From: Eledone cirrhosa
Lineage: Eukaryota
Reading direction: 5' to 3'
DNA: 64,000 bases
Assembly (NCBI GenBank): GCA_964016885.1
Contig: OZ024740.1
Coordinates: 207,142,001-207,206,000, forward strand
Shown here in pieces: positions 11,928 to 24,914 of this stretch. Made by a program: the position numbers and the translations under genes. The stretch's first letter is position 1, and the number at the start of each line of letters is the position of its first letter. The notes under the pieces are model-generated. The model worked only from the letters and a program-made list of their open reading frames with translations. It was not told where the DNA came from and ran no database searches.

Positions 11928-12623
11928 TATAAGTATGTATACGTACATACATATATATATACAGACGTACAGTAGTATGTATATATATATATATATATAC
12001 ATACATGCACACATATATATATATGTACGTATGGATTCACCGAACATTTATTATAATGCTCGGTGTGTTTGTAAACAAACATCCCGAATTAAGCCGTACA
12101 GTGTCTAGCAACCATCGTTGCTCATTTGTTCAACCCAGACAAAGGAACGCTGTACTAGTTTCAAGCTTATTAGCTATCGTCAGCAACGTATACCTTCCTG
12201 CCAGATGGTTGAACGTCTGAAAGTATAAACTTTCCTTATGCATATTAACGGCTGAGCAGCCTAATTTGCATATCGAGTGAGTTAATCGGCTGGGGTACCG
12301 AAAATGATAAATGAAAAAAATGAAACGAAATTTCATTTCTCACTCTTAGTACGGCTGTTACTTAAATATAAGTATGTATACGTACATACATATATGTATA
12401 CAGACGTACAGTAGTATGTATATATATATACATACATGCACACATATATATATGTACGTATATATATGTACGTATGGATTCACCGAACATTTATTATAAT
12501 GCTCGGTGTGTTTGTAAACAAATATCCCGAATTAAGCCGTACAGTGTCTAGCAACCATCGTTGCTCATTTGTTCAACCCTGACAAAGGAACGCTGTACTA
12601 GTTTCAAGCTTATTAGCTATCGT
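11928..12623 (-). repeat. Tandem repeat of about 443 bp (about 1.6 units) of hammerhead family B
   Basis: The segment TGTACTAGTTTCAAGCTTATTAGCTATCGT occurs at 12151 and 12594. Homologous to 8435-8760 and 8976-9030. Confidence 0.9.
12147..12189 (-). ncRNA. Minimal type I hammerhead ribozyme motif (family B)
   Basis: acgttg CTGACGA t-agct-aata-agct-t GAAA ctag TA cagcgt. Six-bp stem I and a GUA cleavage triplet. Confidence 0.8.
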
Positions 12624-13220
12624 ATTGTTTGTTTGGGTGTTATTATTCCATTCATTTTTTCTGTTTAGCTCTTATCTGATTTGCCTACCTCTTGGGTCAT
12701 TTCTATGTTGTCTATGTTACCGTCATGTTGTTGTCTGGCGTGTCCGTATAATACTGGACCGTTTTTTTTTGTCCTTTTAATTCCCTCCAGTGTTAGTCTA
12801 TCCTTTCTCCTATGCTACGAGCTGTCTCATCTATGTATGTCGTTGTCATGTTTCTGCAAGTACCCTCTGTACATCTTATGCTATAGACTACATTTCTAGT
12901 TTTATAGTTTATCTGGAGGTTTACTTTACATATAACACATTTCTTATTAGTACAGTGGGTTTTCTTAAAAGGGTACGTTTCGCTGATCAGGGATTTTATG
13001 GTAGTTCCTAGCTTTTCTACCATTTTAATCTTTAAGTGGGTCTTTCTTAGGGCCTTTCTACATTGGTTAGCTAATTTCCCTCCAGGGGTAGCATCCACGA
13101 ACAAGACACTTTGGTATCTCTGGTTGTCGTACCATGAGGTGGCTTTCCTTTCTAGTTTTACAGTTTATCTGGGGGTTTACTTTACATATAATACATTTCT
13201 TATTAGTACAGTGGGTTTTC
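12624..13220 (-). mobile_element. Inverted duplicates of the 3' part of the adjacent Penelope-like element
   Basis: 12624-13146 is the reverse complement of about 14367-14948 with small deletions (MFVDATPGGKLANQCRK..). 13147-13220 re-copies about 14550-14620. Confidence 0.9.
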
Positions 13221-15207
13221 TCCTCAGCAGAATCAATGAGTGCAACAAAAACAAAAACCTATCTAACTGTATAATAGGCAGTATGGACGTGGTATCACTG
13301 TACCCATCCATTAACATTGATTTTGCTGTGGAAAAATGTGTGGAAATGATCGGTGAGTCTTAGGTGGAGTTCTGCGATGTAGACACAGATGAACTGGGCC
13401 TCCTACTTAGACTTACTTACGACACCGAGTACCTAGACAGCCATGACCATAGCCATTTCTGCCCCAGTACACCCATAAGAGGTAGGCCCCACACCATAAC
13501 ATCAATGGAAAAAAAGACTCCCAAGGGAAGATGGATTGGGTGGACCAAAGCCATACGGACACCCAAAAACAATGATCAGGTGAGAAAAATGGCCGCGCAT
13601 GCAATAGGGGCTAGTATTAAAACTACCCTAAAGGGCCATATATTCAAATTCAATGAAAAGATCTACACCCAAAATGAGGGAGCAGCCATTGTCGTCAGTA
13701 TAGCTGGAGACGTTGCCAATCTTATTATGGTATGGTGGGAAATGAGACTCAAAGATCTCCTTGAAGAGAGCTCAATAGACCTCATCATGTACTCTCGTTA
13801 CGTAGACGATACTAATATAGTAATAAGGACCCCCCCCTCCCACACAAGAGAGTACTAACGAACATGATTTAGAATATAGCACAATGGAAAGCATCCAGCT
13901 GATAGCTAACTCCATACACCAGAGTATAACTGTAACTATTGACTACTCTTCCAAACACCATAACAATAGACTACCTGTATTAGACACGGAACTCTGGATT
14001 AACACTATAGACGAGAGGGCCCAACTTCTCCACTCACACTACGCTAAACCCATGGCCTCCAAATACCTGATACTCAAAAACTCAGCAATGTCCAGTAGTG
14101 CTAAGTTTAATATTCTGATCGCAGACTTGGTACGAGTGATGAAGAACGTGTCCAGCATGTGCGACCCAACAGAAATGGAAAGACACATCCAACACTTCAT
14201 CAACCGCATGCAGTTCTCTGGCTACAGCCAAAGAGACAGAATCAAAGTATACAAAGGAGCCACGGAGAAGTATAAGACCCTCGTAGAACTGGACATGAAA
14301 GGAATTTGCTCATTATACAGGAGCAATCATGGAATAGCTTAGATAGGACTAAACATAAGATAGGGAAAGCCACCTCATGGTATGACAATCAGGGATACCA
14401 GAGTGTCATGTTCGTGGATGCTACCCCTGGAGGGAAATTAGCTAACTAATGTAGAAAGGCCCTAAGAAAGACCCACTTAAAGATTAAAATGGTAGAATAG
14501 CTAGGAACTACCATAAAATCCCTGATCGGCAAAACGTACCGTTTTATGAAAACCCGCTGTACTAATAAGAAATGTGTTATATGTAAAGTAAACCCCCAGA
14601 TAAACTGTAAAACTAGAAATGTAGTCTATAGCATAAGATGTACAGAGGGTACTTGCAGAAACATGACAACGGCCTACATAAGTGATACAGCTCGTAGCAT
14701 AGGAGAAAGAATAGACCAACACTGGGGGAATTAAAAGGACAAAAAAAACAAAAACGGTTCAGTACTATACAAACACGCCAGACAACAACATAACGGTAAC
14801 ATAGACAACATAGAAATTAAAATAGTATCTAAACATAGAAATGACCCAACGGGTAGGAAAATCAGAGAAGCAAGCGAAATAGAGCTTAGAAAGCCAGAGC
14901 TAAACAGAAAAAAAATGAATGGAATAATAACACCCAAACAAACAATACTGACTTAAGAGAAATATAAATAAATAAATAAATATATACACAAGCACAATAA
15001 CAACAAACACATATAAACACACTAATAAACTAAGATAGAATACAATAACCAAAACATATACACCCAAACGCGTGCGCAAAAACGGAGACAAAAATAAATA
15101 AATAAATAAATAGATAAAATAAAAATGGCGTAGACAGTACAATACATACAACACAGCAGGGGAAACATGATAATAGTACCACTGATGATGTTAGAAGTTT
15201 GTTAGAC
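13221..15207 (+). mobile_element. Penelope-like retroelement (RT + GIY-YIG), 5'-truncated and decayed; Naiad-like motifs
   Basis: GSMDVVSLYPSI, YTQNEGAAI..AGDVAN, YSRYVDD, LPVLDTELW, HYAKPMAS, SVMFVDATPGG, CTNKKCVIC..RNVVYSIRC..AYISDTARS. A partial CTGATGA motif lies at 15182. Confidence 0.9.
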
Positions 15208-15586
15208 TATATATATGTATTTATATCTATATTTTTGACTGTTGGTCAATCAATGATAAACATTGATGGCCAAATGAATTAACTATGGAGATATAAAAGA
15301 TGCAGAAGCGAAAACCAACCAAACTGTGAGTGTGTTCTGTTATTATTTCTGGCAATAATATTACAACAATATGACCCTCCCAAGTATAACAATATTTGTT
15401 TCGACACACGATTTCATATAAAAAAACCTACCAAAACAAAATATATATATATATTTATCAAATAAATAATATTTAATGTTATTTTTTTTAATATTTACAG
15501 TAGGGTTCTTATATATTTGATATATATTTATCCTTATCGAGCCCTCTTTGGATTTTAGTCTTCACATTTATTATTATTAATATATC

Positions 15587-15669
<83 letters not shown>

Positions 15670-15849
15670 ATATAAATACTAATGTATCCGGGCTGTTCAT
15701 AATGACGTCAACCATGTTTGTTTGAACTGTATTGAAAATATAGAAAACTATATTTATTTTTAGCTACTGATATGTACATATTCCAGATTTTGCACTGAAC
15801 AATCTCGGAAGAAATAAACCTTTTCAGTTCTATATTTGCTGAAATGAGT

Positions 15850-16050
15850 GACTGAGAGTACAAGACTTCCTCCTGGACAGGACGCCAGTCCATCGCAGGG
15901 TTAAACCCCCAGCTATTGCTGGTACTCATTTTTCGTTGGGTATACTGGAGCATCATGAAATGGCGTGTTTTGCTCAAGAAAACGCAACCCATCCCAGGAA
16001 TCGAACCCACGGCATTAATTTCAACACCCTTACTACTAGGTCACGTGCTT
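15850..16050 (-). mobile_element. tRNA-derived SINE copy (family 2-related head)
   Basis: Reverse strand reads GTGGGTTCGATTCCTGGG (B box) then TTTCTTGAGCAAAACAC..GCTCCAGT, as in 27040-27330. Confidence 0.6.
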
Positions 16051-16899
16051 CTAACAAATTAAAAAAAAATTGAAAAGGTCCGAAGCTCACAGAAAACATC
16101 TCACCCGCCAAGGTTAGCTTGGCTTTTCATCCTTCCGGGGTCGGGTAGATAAAATAAAGTACCAGTCATGTACTAAGGTCGGTGTAATCAACTTTCTCCT
16201 TCCTTCAAAGTGCTGGCCTTTTACCAATGCTAGAAAGAATTATCACACAAACTGAAAATCTAACAAAGTTGATCAAGGAAACTTTCTAGTCTCACTCTCG
16301 TCAACCTGACGTGGGCCCCAGAGCTCCAGCAGGCTCTGGCCGACTGGACAGGCATAGGCCTCTCTGTCCGCCAAATTACTAATGCCCAACGTAAATGAGA
16401 CAACATTAAATGCGGGTCATCTTTCAGGCTGATCCCGCGATGAAGGAGTCCAGCGGGTGTTGTTGGTCATTGTCCGCAGAAAAGATTTTGGAGGTTTGTT
16501 CGTAGGGCGCAGCCCCACCACCGCTGCGCCCTAGGCTCAGAGCCCATCACCCTCTCCCATCTCTTTTTTCTGTGGCCCTAGAGTCCTTACTTTTCTTCTC
16601 ATTTAGGTTTTTATAGTATTTTCCTCTACTTGTCAGATCTGCCCTTCTTTACCGCTTCCCCATTATACATGTTATTTGTACAATTGTAAATAAAACATTT
16701 AAGATTTTATCTAATTTAATAATTCTTTTTTTTTTTTAATTACGTTTTTAGTACAACTATTGTTTATATGAATATTTCATTAGTTGTACTTAATTTCTCT
16801 GTGAAATTTCAAATTATTTTTATTTCTAGCGTCGCTAGTTTTGATCTACAAGTCACCACGTCAAATACACGTAACATACACTATTTTGTAGATAATAGC

Positions 16900-17690
16900 T
16901 CCTACCGACCAGCCATATCTTTCCCTAACCAAGTTTAATCCATATACAATCCTGACACCTTATGTCAAGCCTACCCAGATTTCATGATCAGAAACCTGGG
17001 TGCTATCCTAAACGAGATCATATCAATCTCGTCTTTTGTAACAACATGGAACAACACAAAGTACTGATCATTTCAAAGAAATATCATCACACCTCACCTC
17101 CTTAAGTATGAATAGCATGACTAGAACTCTGGCGGCGATAGGCTTCTCAATTACAGTGAATATCGCATGGCGAAAACATATTCTCACTATAGCTAGGGTC
17201 ACATCCTAGCGATTGGCCCTTCTCTTCGGGACCAGAAAATACTTCAATCTTCAACAATTAATGTTAAGGATAAAATGTAGTACTACTTCCACGTCTGCGA
17301 CATTGCCGCTGTTGTTCACACGGTCATTCAAGACTGTAAAAAGTCACGTAAAGTTTAAAGTCCCTCACTAACACTCTCTAGCCTCTGGTTAACAAACATG
17401 CCGTCTTCCCCCTCTGCCTCTTTTACCGTTACTACAATGGTCTCTGTTCAGCAGAGTTTGCTAGTCTCATGCCGCCTCTACACATGGACACGCGATCTCT
17501 CCTCACTCATCTTGTATTCAACACCCGGAGCTCCAAACACATCACAACACCCGGTACTTCCTGTATAGAGTATCCACCCTATAGAGCTTTCTCGCTGCTC
17601 ATGTCTTTCCCAATGAGTGGATCTACAACATTTTATGTAGAACATCAACGGCATCAGTCCTTACGTTCTTCTTCCAGACCTATAAAGTAA
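16900..17690 (+). mobile_element. Highly degenerate LINE 3' remnant (Jockey/CR1/I-like)
   Basis: Residual peptide LCLFYRYYNGLCSAEFASLMP near 17410-17475 resembles the post-RT region of such LINEs. Boundaries are approximate. Confidence 0.45.
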
Positions 17691-18999
17691 AAGAAAAAGG
17701 ATCCTAGACTAATCAAGAGAAAGTAACTCCATTTGCGTGACAAGAAATATATAAATAAATGTTATAACAGTATAATAAATAATTCTTTCTACATTTGGCA
17801 CAAGGCCAGGAATTTAAAGGGAAGAGGTAAGTCTGTTAAATCGACCCCAGTGCGTTACTCGTGTTGTATTTTATTGACCTCTTAAGGATGAAAGACATAG
17901 CTAACCTTGTCCGATGCTCTACCGACTCTGCTAATCCACCACCACAAGAGTATAATAAATAATCAACACACACAAAAGATCGATATATATTCTCTATATA
18001 TAATTGGTCGCCAGCGGCTACCTAGCATAATGGTTAACACACTCATCTGCTATTCGAAAGTTTCAGGGTTCGATTCCTCGTAGCCGCCTTTGTCCACTTT
18101 TCCATCTCCAGGGGTACTTTACCCGATTTTCTCAGTTATTTATTATTATGATGGTTATTGTCGTTGGGATGCACACATTCCAAATGTTTCCAACGCTTCT
18201 TAGGTCAATCGCTTTGCTTACACACATACACTGCATTCCATCATATATGTATAGATAGATGAATGTCCTTTTGAAAGCGAGTCAGTTTCTCACATAGAAA
18301 CAAGACTCATTGTAATTTATACATAAACTAGGTAAATACCTATGGATGTCTGAATGGGATAGTGTGTGTGTGTGTAGGTATGGATGTTATTGTACGTGTG
18401 GATCTGTATATGTTGTGTTATATGCACACACTAGCATGTGTTTCAGTAGCTATACATGTTTTATGCAGTTATTACATGCTGAATTTTGGAACTGTTTTAC
18501 ATATTTTTACAGTTCCATTAATGGACTGTACTTGCAACTTTCTAACTTTTTTTCTTTTTGATTAATAAAAAAAAAATATTTCCAAAATATGTAGTTTATT
18601 TATTTTATAATTTAATAGAATTACAGAAAATAAATCAATTCCCGGTTGTATATATAGCATTGCTAATATTGAGGGAAATATGGAAGAAAGAGAAAAAAAA
18701 AGGGGGGGGATAGAAACGAAACCAAGTAACGAACAGAGGAGGGAAGGGGTAAAGAAGGGCAGATCTCAATAGCTCTGCCGAGATCCCTTAACATATATAA
18801 GTTAAAACATCACGCTAATAATATGCAAATTATTATGTCCATTTCAGGATATTACTATAAATGATATAATTGCATGATATTCTTACATGGCTACGGAGAT
18901 AGACAACGAAGACTTCTGAATCGAAGGCCTGAAAATATTCAAAATGGTGCCACAAGCTTCTTCTCGCATTTATTCTTGAGAGGGTTGTGGGAGCAGAGT

Positions 19000-19290
19000 C
19001 CTCTAACATTCCGTTCAGCGTGTCCTGTCAGAAGCGACCATCTCCAACTGATCCCCAAGCAAGACCAGCCAAGTTCATGAGTGTTACCCACCATCTTGCT
19101 CTAGGCCTCCTACCAGTTGGTTTTGCCCGCGATTCTTTCCTGAGACATACCCATAGTATCTGAGCTGTGATCTCTCAATTCGGAGAAGTAGCGGTTCCAA
19201 CTGGAATGACTCTCTGATCTCCGACCTATGCACTCTATCAAGTATCGTTACGCCAAAAACCCTTCGGAGGAACCCCATTTCGACTGCTTG
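19000..19290 (-). mobile_element. RTE-clade LINE 3' fragment
   Basis: EMGFLRRVFGVTILDRVHRSEIRE..LLLRIERSQLRYYGYV. Confidence 0.75.
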
Positions 19291-20629
19291 TATTCATTTA
19301 ATAGGTTAACTCAAGTCATGTGATTGTTGTAGGAGACAATTATTTCCATATATACTCATCTTCGCCATTCTTCAGGATATCACAATCGCTATTTTTCTGT
19401 CGAGTCTTCAAAATATGCGTACGATATGCTGTGATATAATAAAAAATCCGTATTAGTATTAAAAACAACAAACGAAAAACAAAAAAAAAAAGAAAAGTTA
19501 ATAAATATCAGGGGAAATCACTCTAAAACCATTTGTTGATCCTTATAAGAGAGATTACTCTATTTTAAACGAAATATAAATTCGAATTTTTAATTCAACC
19601 ACTGTATTTCAAATGTTTAAAAAAATCCTCAAATACATTTGCAGGCGCTGTTAGTATTTTAGGTCTCTAAGTTATATGTAAGTTGCATCTGCTGCAGCAC
19701 ACGTTTTATGGCTTTACAATATAAAATTCTATTTTATCAAAGCATTGTTCTCTCCCCTGTTTTGAGGAACCGAGTGTTTTTCTGCATTTTATCGTTGCAC
19801 TTGTCATGTCTTCGACACAGCTGAATGGTTCCTTTGGCAAGTTTTTTCTTTATGGATTGATGCTCCTCATATCACCAACCACTTTAGGTTACTGGGTTTG
19901 TCATGTAGATTGACACTAGAGAAGTTGTCTGCTCCTGACAGAACTGAAGGGTCTCCCCGTGATATATTTAAGATTACCAACAATGTTGGGACAGGGGGAA
20001 AGTCGATTTAATCGTCCCCCCCCCCCCCTCCCTAAAATTATTAGTCTTGTACTTTCGAGTCTCGAATAATGGTCCCCCCTCTCACTGCTTATTAAATATT
20101 GCTAATCTACCTCCGGCGAAATTTTATTTTAAGTGGTAGCCTGCGACAATTTTCTTTATACATGACAAAATAAAAGTACATTACTAGAAATCCCACACGT
20201 TATGAAATAAATAGGATGGGTTGGGATCTCAATATGTAAATTAAAAGGCTAATTCTGGTTATATATAAAAAAATCAAAAAATCAACGGAGACAACCTAGA
20301 AAAATTACCGATTTTCCAACCCCTCCCTCTTATTTGGGATCCAAGAGTACCCAAATCAAAAAACATTATTTGGAGGACTGGGAAAAGTTACTAATATAGA
20401 AGGGATTAGAATAGAAAGATCTAAATCCCAGTTTAGCAAAAAACGAAATTTTTACTTAGCAGAAAACTAAAACCATAAAAGAAGTGACCATATTTCATAT
20501 ACAGAGATAATAGGACTCTATACTGAACACCCAATGCATGCACACAAGGTGCAGTAGAATCTCAGGCTCTGTAACTAAACATCACAAAAAATGTATAATT
20601 TTTCTAAATATTCTACCAACCTCCAACCT

Positions 20630-21380
20630 TAATGATTTCTACTACAGGCATAAGGCCAGCAATTTGGGGAGGGGAAAGTCGATCAAGTCAACCCTAGTGC
20701 ATTACTGGTACTGTTGTAACATGTAAGCATGAAAGACAAAGCTAACCTAGGTGCAATTTGAACTCTGACTGTAACTTTATGCTACAAAGTTGTTGTCCAA
20801 CGCTCTACTGATACTGTCAATCTTAAATCAGCCAAATAATGGTTTCTGATTTCGGCACAGTGTATTACTGGTGCCTTATTTTATCAACCCCATAATCATG
20901 AAAGGTTAAGCTAACCTCAGCGCAGTTTGAACCCAGCCCGTAACTCTATGCTACAAAGTATGGTGTCTGATGCTCTACTGATACTGCCAATCCTACTTAA
21001 TAATTGTTTCTACTTTTGGCACAAGGCCAGCAATTACCCCAGTATATTACTGCTGCTTTATTTTATCGACCCCGTAAGGATGAAAGGCAAAGTTAACCTC
21101 GGCAAGATTTGAACTCAGACCGTAAAGGGACGTAACTATGCTGCAAAGCATGGCATCCGGCTGTCTACCGATACTGCCAATCCACCACCTTAATAATTGT
21201 TTCTACTTTAGGCACAAGGCTAGCAATTACCCAGTGCATTACTGGTAATGGTTCCTAATTTCAGCACAAAGCAATTCCAGCGCAAGGTTGGGGAAAGTCA
21301 ATTACTTGATTTTATACTTTATCGATTCTGGAATGATGAAAGTTGAAATTGACTTCGGCAGTACTTGAACTTGTCCCGGA
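20630..21380 (-). mobile_element. Head-to-tail cluster of about 4 SINE family 1 copies or fragments
   Basis: Repeated GGCACAAGGCCAGCAATT..GATGAAAGGCAAAGTTAACCTCGGC..CTACCGATACTGCCAATCC units. Confidence 0.8.
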
Positions 21381-21559
21381 ACAAATGCTACAAAATATTT
21401 TCTTCAATGTTGTCACACACAAAGACATTTTTTTAATTTTTAAATGAAAATGTCTTTAAAATAAAAAGACAATTTAGAAAAAATATTTTAATAAAAATTT
21501 TAATAAATAAAAAAAAGTATTTTTATTTTCTTTTTTATTTCATTTCATTTTTTGTGTTC

Positions 21560-21960
21560 ATGTGTGTATGTACATATGTATATGTGTGATGGTATGGCTA
21601 TGTTAAATATTTGTGTGTGTGTATGTATATGTGTGTGATGGTATGGCTGTGTTAAATATTTGTGTGTGATGGTATGGCTGTGTTAAATAATTGTGTGTAT
21701 GTATGTTAAATATTTGTGTGTGTATGTATGTATATGTGTAATGGTATGGCTGTGTTAAATATTTGTGTTTATGTGTGTGATGGTATGGTTGTGTTAGATA
21801 TTTGCGTGTATATGTACATATGTATGTGTGATGGTATGGTTGTGTTAGATATTTGCGTGTATATGTACATATGTATATGTGTGTGATCATATGGCTTTGT
21901 CAAATGTTTGCGTTCATGTGTGTATGCATATATATGTACATATGTATATGTGTGATGGTA
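21560..21960. repeat. Irregular minisatellite (core GTGTGATGGTATGGCTGTGTTAAATATTT)
   Basis: About 8 visible copies separated by variable TG/TA spacers. Confidence 0.85.
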
Positions 21961-22694
21961 CACATGTGTTCAAATGAGTGATCTGTGCATTATGTATATA
22001 TTTGTATAGCTTGTACATACATGTAAGTGTGTGACTATGCTGCCATGCGTGTGTGTGTCTGCTGCTATGCATGTGTATGTGTGTCTGCTGCTATGCATGT
22101 GTGTATCTGCACTGCTATGCACATGTATATGTGTGTGTGCTTATATGCTTATGAGTGAGTGAGTGGAATGACATTAAAAATGCTATGATTCCTAAAATGG
22201 GAACAAATTTGGTAAAAAATAACTGGATGGCAACAGGTGAATGTTTTTGGTGCGTTGTGAAAGTTGGAGTTTATTGGAAACCTTGTTTTTATTATTTTTA
22301 ATACATAGTAGTGATTATTATATTATTTTCTTCTTTTAATTGATGGAATAAATTAACTAGTGGTGTGGTGAATGTGGTCAAGAGACAGTGTGGTTAGTTA
22401 CAGATTTAATGAGAGAGAAACTGTGTGTGTGTGTGAGAGAGAGAACAGTGCATATGTATGTGAGAGAGGACAGTGTGTATGTATGAGAGAGGAGAGTGTG
22501 TATGTATGTGAGAGAGGAGAGTGTGCGAGGGAGAGAGGAGAGTGTGCGTGTGTGAGAGGAGAGTGAGTGTGTGAGAGAGAAAGAAAGAGAAAGAGGAGTG
22601 TGTGTGTGTGCGTGTGAGAGAGAGAGACCATCAGACAGACAAACATCTGCTCTGCCATAGCTTCTGGAAAACATAACACAAGTGACTTCAACAG

Positions 22695-23010
22695 GCCGAC
22701 TGTGATACACCAGCACGTACCCTGCCACAGACTGGGGTACACTGTTATGTACCTTGTCACAGACTAGTAAAGACTGTGATACACAAGCATGTACTCTGTC
22801 ACTGACTGGGGTACATAAGTATGTACTTCACTACAGACTGATGAAGAACTAAGAACATAAATATGTACCTCACTAGACTGGTAAAGACTGTGATACATGA
22901 GCATGTACCTTGTCAAAGACTGGTAAAAACTGAGGTATACTTATGTACCTCATCAGACTGGTAAAGGCTGAGGTACACTGTTATGTACCATGTCACAGAC
23001 TGGTAAAGAC
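22695..23010. repeat. Degenerate minisatellite of about 35-44 bp (ATGTACCTTGTCACAGACTGGTAAAGACTG)
   Basis: Recurrent ATGTACC..CAGACTGG core. Confidence 0.75.
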
Positions 23011-23799
23011 AAAATATTGTATTATAATCTCCAAAACAACCAACACATGCAAACACATACATACTATATACCCATTCCTTTGTATCTCATACAGCTGGCT
23101 TCATACATACACATACACACACACACTAAGGATTCTGGTCACTGGTGACATGTGAATCCAACTGTATGGAAGTTTTAAGTGAGGCGTTCAGATTCTGGTC
23201 CTATTTACCACACACAGTTGATAACAATAATTATTAATCAATGAATTAAACAAAAAAAAAAAGATGAAGAGAAGGAGATGAAAGTTGAAGATGATAATAT
23301 TTGATGTTATGTATGAAGGGGTGGAGAAGGTTTCTGGGACTTTGGCTTAGAATGAAGAGGTGAAATAATGAAGGGGTGGAGGGAGGAGGAGGTGGAAATA
23401 TTGAGGTGACTGTTGCTACTAGAGAGGAATACACAGCAGGTTGGCTTTTCTTCAGAGTCTGCCAAATATAGGGATGATGGTTCTGGCAGAGACTAGCTTA
23501 AGTCACCATGGCAGCTGGAATATAGAATAGAAGAGTTTTATTAAAACACAAGACTTAAAAAGATGGCGAAGAAGAGAGAGAAGAATCAAAGTGTATTAAA
23601 TAGCATATAAATACAATAGTTAGGAACAACAATACTCTCTCATATATATACATATATCATCATCATCAGCATCACTGTTTTTTTTGTCCATTTTTCAATG
23701 CTTGCATGGGTTGGATGGGTCCTTTTCAGAACAGCATTCCTCCACTTGTTACATTCCTTCATAATCTCCTGTGTAAGTCACAGCAAGCTGAGATCTACT

Positions 23800-24695
23800 A
23801 TGCGTAAAACCGTTTTAGTTGATGCGAAGGATTGGATTACCTTGTAGATCTTGGCAGCAACGGGCATGTGATACACCCCGGTAGTTTAGGGGGGATGAGA
23901 GGTCACCTTTTTTGGGGACAGGAATTATGCCTGCTTTTAGCCAACTTGTTGGAGGAGTTTTGTTGCAGATTGATAATAGGACTGAAGTAAGGTTTGGGTC
24001 TTTCCAAATTATACTGGGTATGTTGTCAAGACCAGGTGATTTTTTGTTTTCAAGTATTTTGATCACCTGGTTGATCTCACTGAAGGTGAAAAGTCCACTT
24101 GCACAGATTTTGGCCTTGAGAAGAGTAGTGGAAGAGTTGAGAAACTCCAGCAGACAAATGGCTCCAGTTTTGTTGACTTTAGAAAAGCTTTTGACAGCAT
24201 AAATAGAGACATTCTGTTTGAAATTCTACCCATGTATGGCATCCCAGCAAGACTTGTGGAAGCAATTAAGGCTCTGTAACTCAACACAAGTACCACTATT
24301 ATCACCCCTGATGGCGCAACAGAGTTCTTTGACATCTTGTCCCATTCCTCTTTATCATTGCACTAGACAACGCTCTGAGACTCTCAATTGACAAAATCAA
24401 TAACAAACGCATAACTATCAAACCCCACATCAGCTCTACACACCCCTCTAAACATTTCACTGATCTTGACTTTGCGCTTCTTGCAGATTGCCTAGAAAAT
24501 GTGCAGCAACTTTTGACAGCTCAGCAGAAAGCAGCCGCCATCTTTGGCCTTCATCTCAACGAGGGTAAAACATAGCAAACTCTACAAGCAACAGCATCAA
24601 AGCAATTAACGGCAGTGATATCAAGCAAGTTAAGGATTTTAAGTATCTTGGGTCCTGGATCATGGACTCCGGGAAGGATTTTACTACCAGAGATG
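23800..24695. mobile_element. RTE-like LINE RT fragment with an inverted 5' part
   Basis: Minus strand to about 24150: KKSPGLDNIP..IIPVPKKGDLSSPLNYRG. Plus strand from about 24160: FVDFRKAFDSINR..YGIP.. and later DFKYLGSWI. Confidence 0.75.
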
Positions 24696-24914
24696 ATTTA
24701 AAGCAAAAATAACTTTATTTTATTGGCAATCACTCCAAACAAGGTGGCAACTAACAAGTAATAAAACAGGTAGAAATCAACCACTTAATTTGTTGGGATA
24801 TACTAAAGAAAACCTAAGAAAAATCTCTAGAATATTTAAAAGAATTAAGATTATAGTCATCAGAGAAAGCAGAAGGAAGAGCTCTCTAAGACAATGTTTA
24901 AAGAAAGAACCTAA

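Noticed and set aside
13221-15207. Possible selenocysteine recoding, as reported for some Naiad Penelope elements
   Set aside because: The interrupting stops I checked are TAG or TAA, the conserved Cys positions use TGT/TGC, and no convincing SECIS was seen.
19745-19980. Moderately GC-rich stretch that looked like a minus-strand exon
   Set aside because: All three minus-strand frames contain stops and no recognisable protein was found. It may be a decayed transposon.
20050-20349. Possible TA-flanked MITE (TACTTTCGAGTCTCGAATAA.. / ..TTATTTGGGATCCAAGAGTA)
   Set aside because: The terminal match is too degenerate to support without a family alignment.
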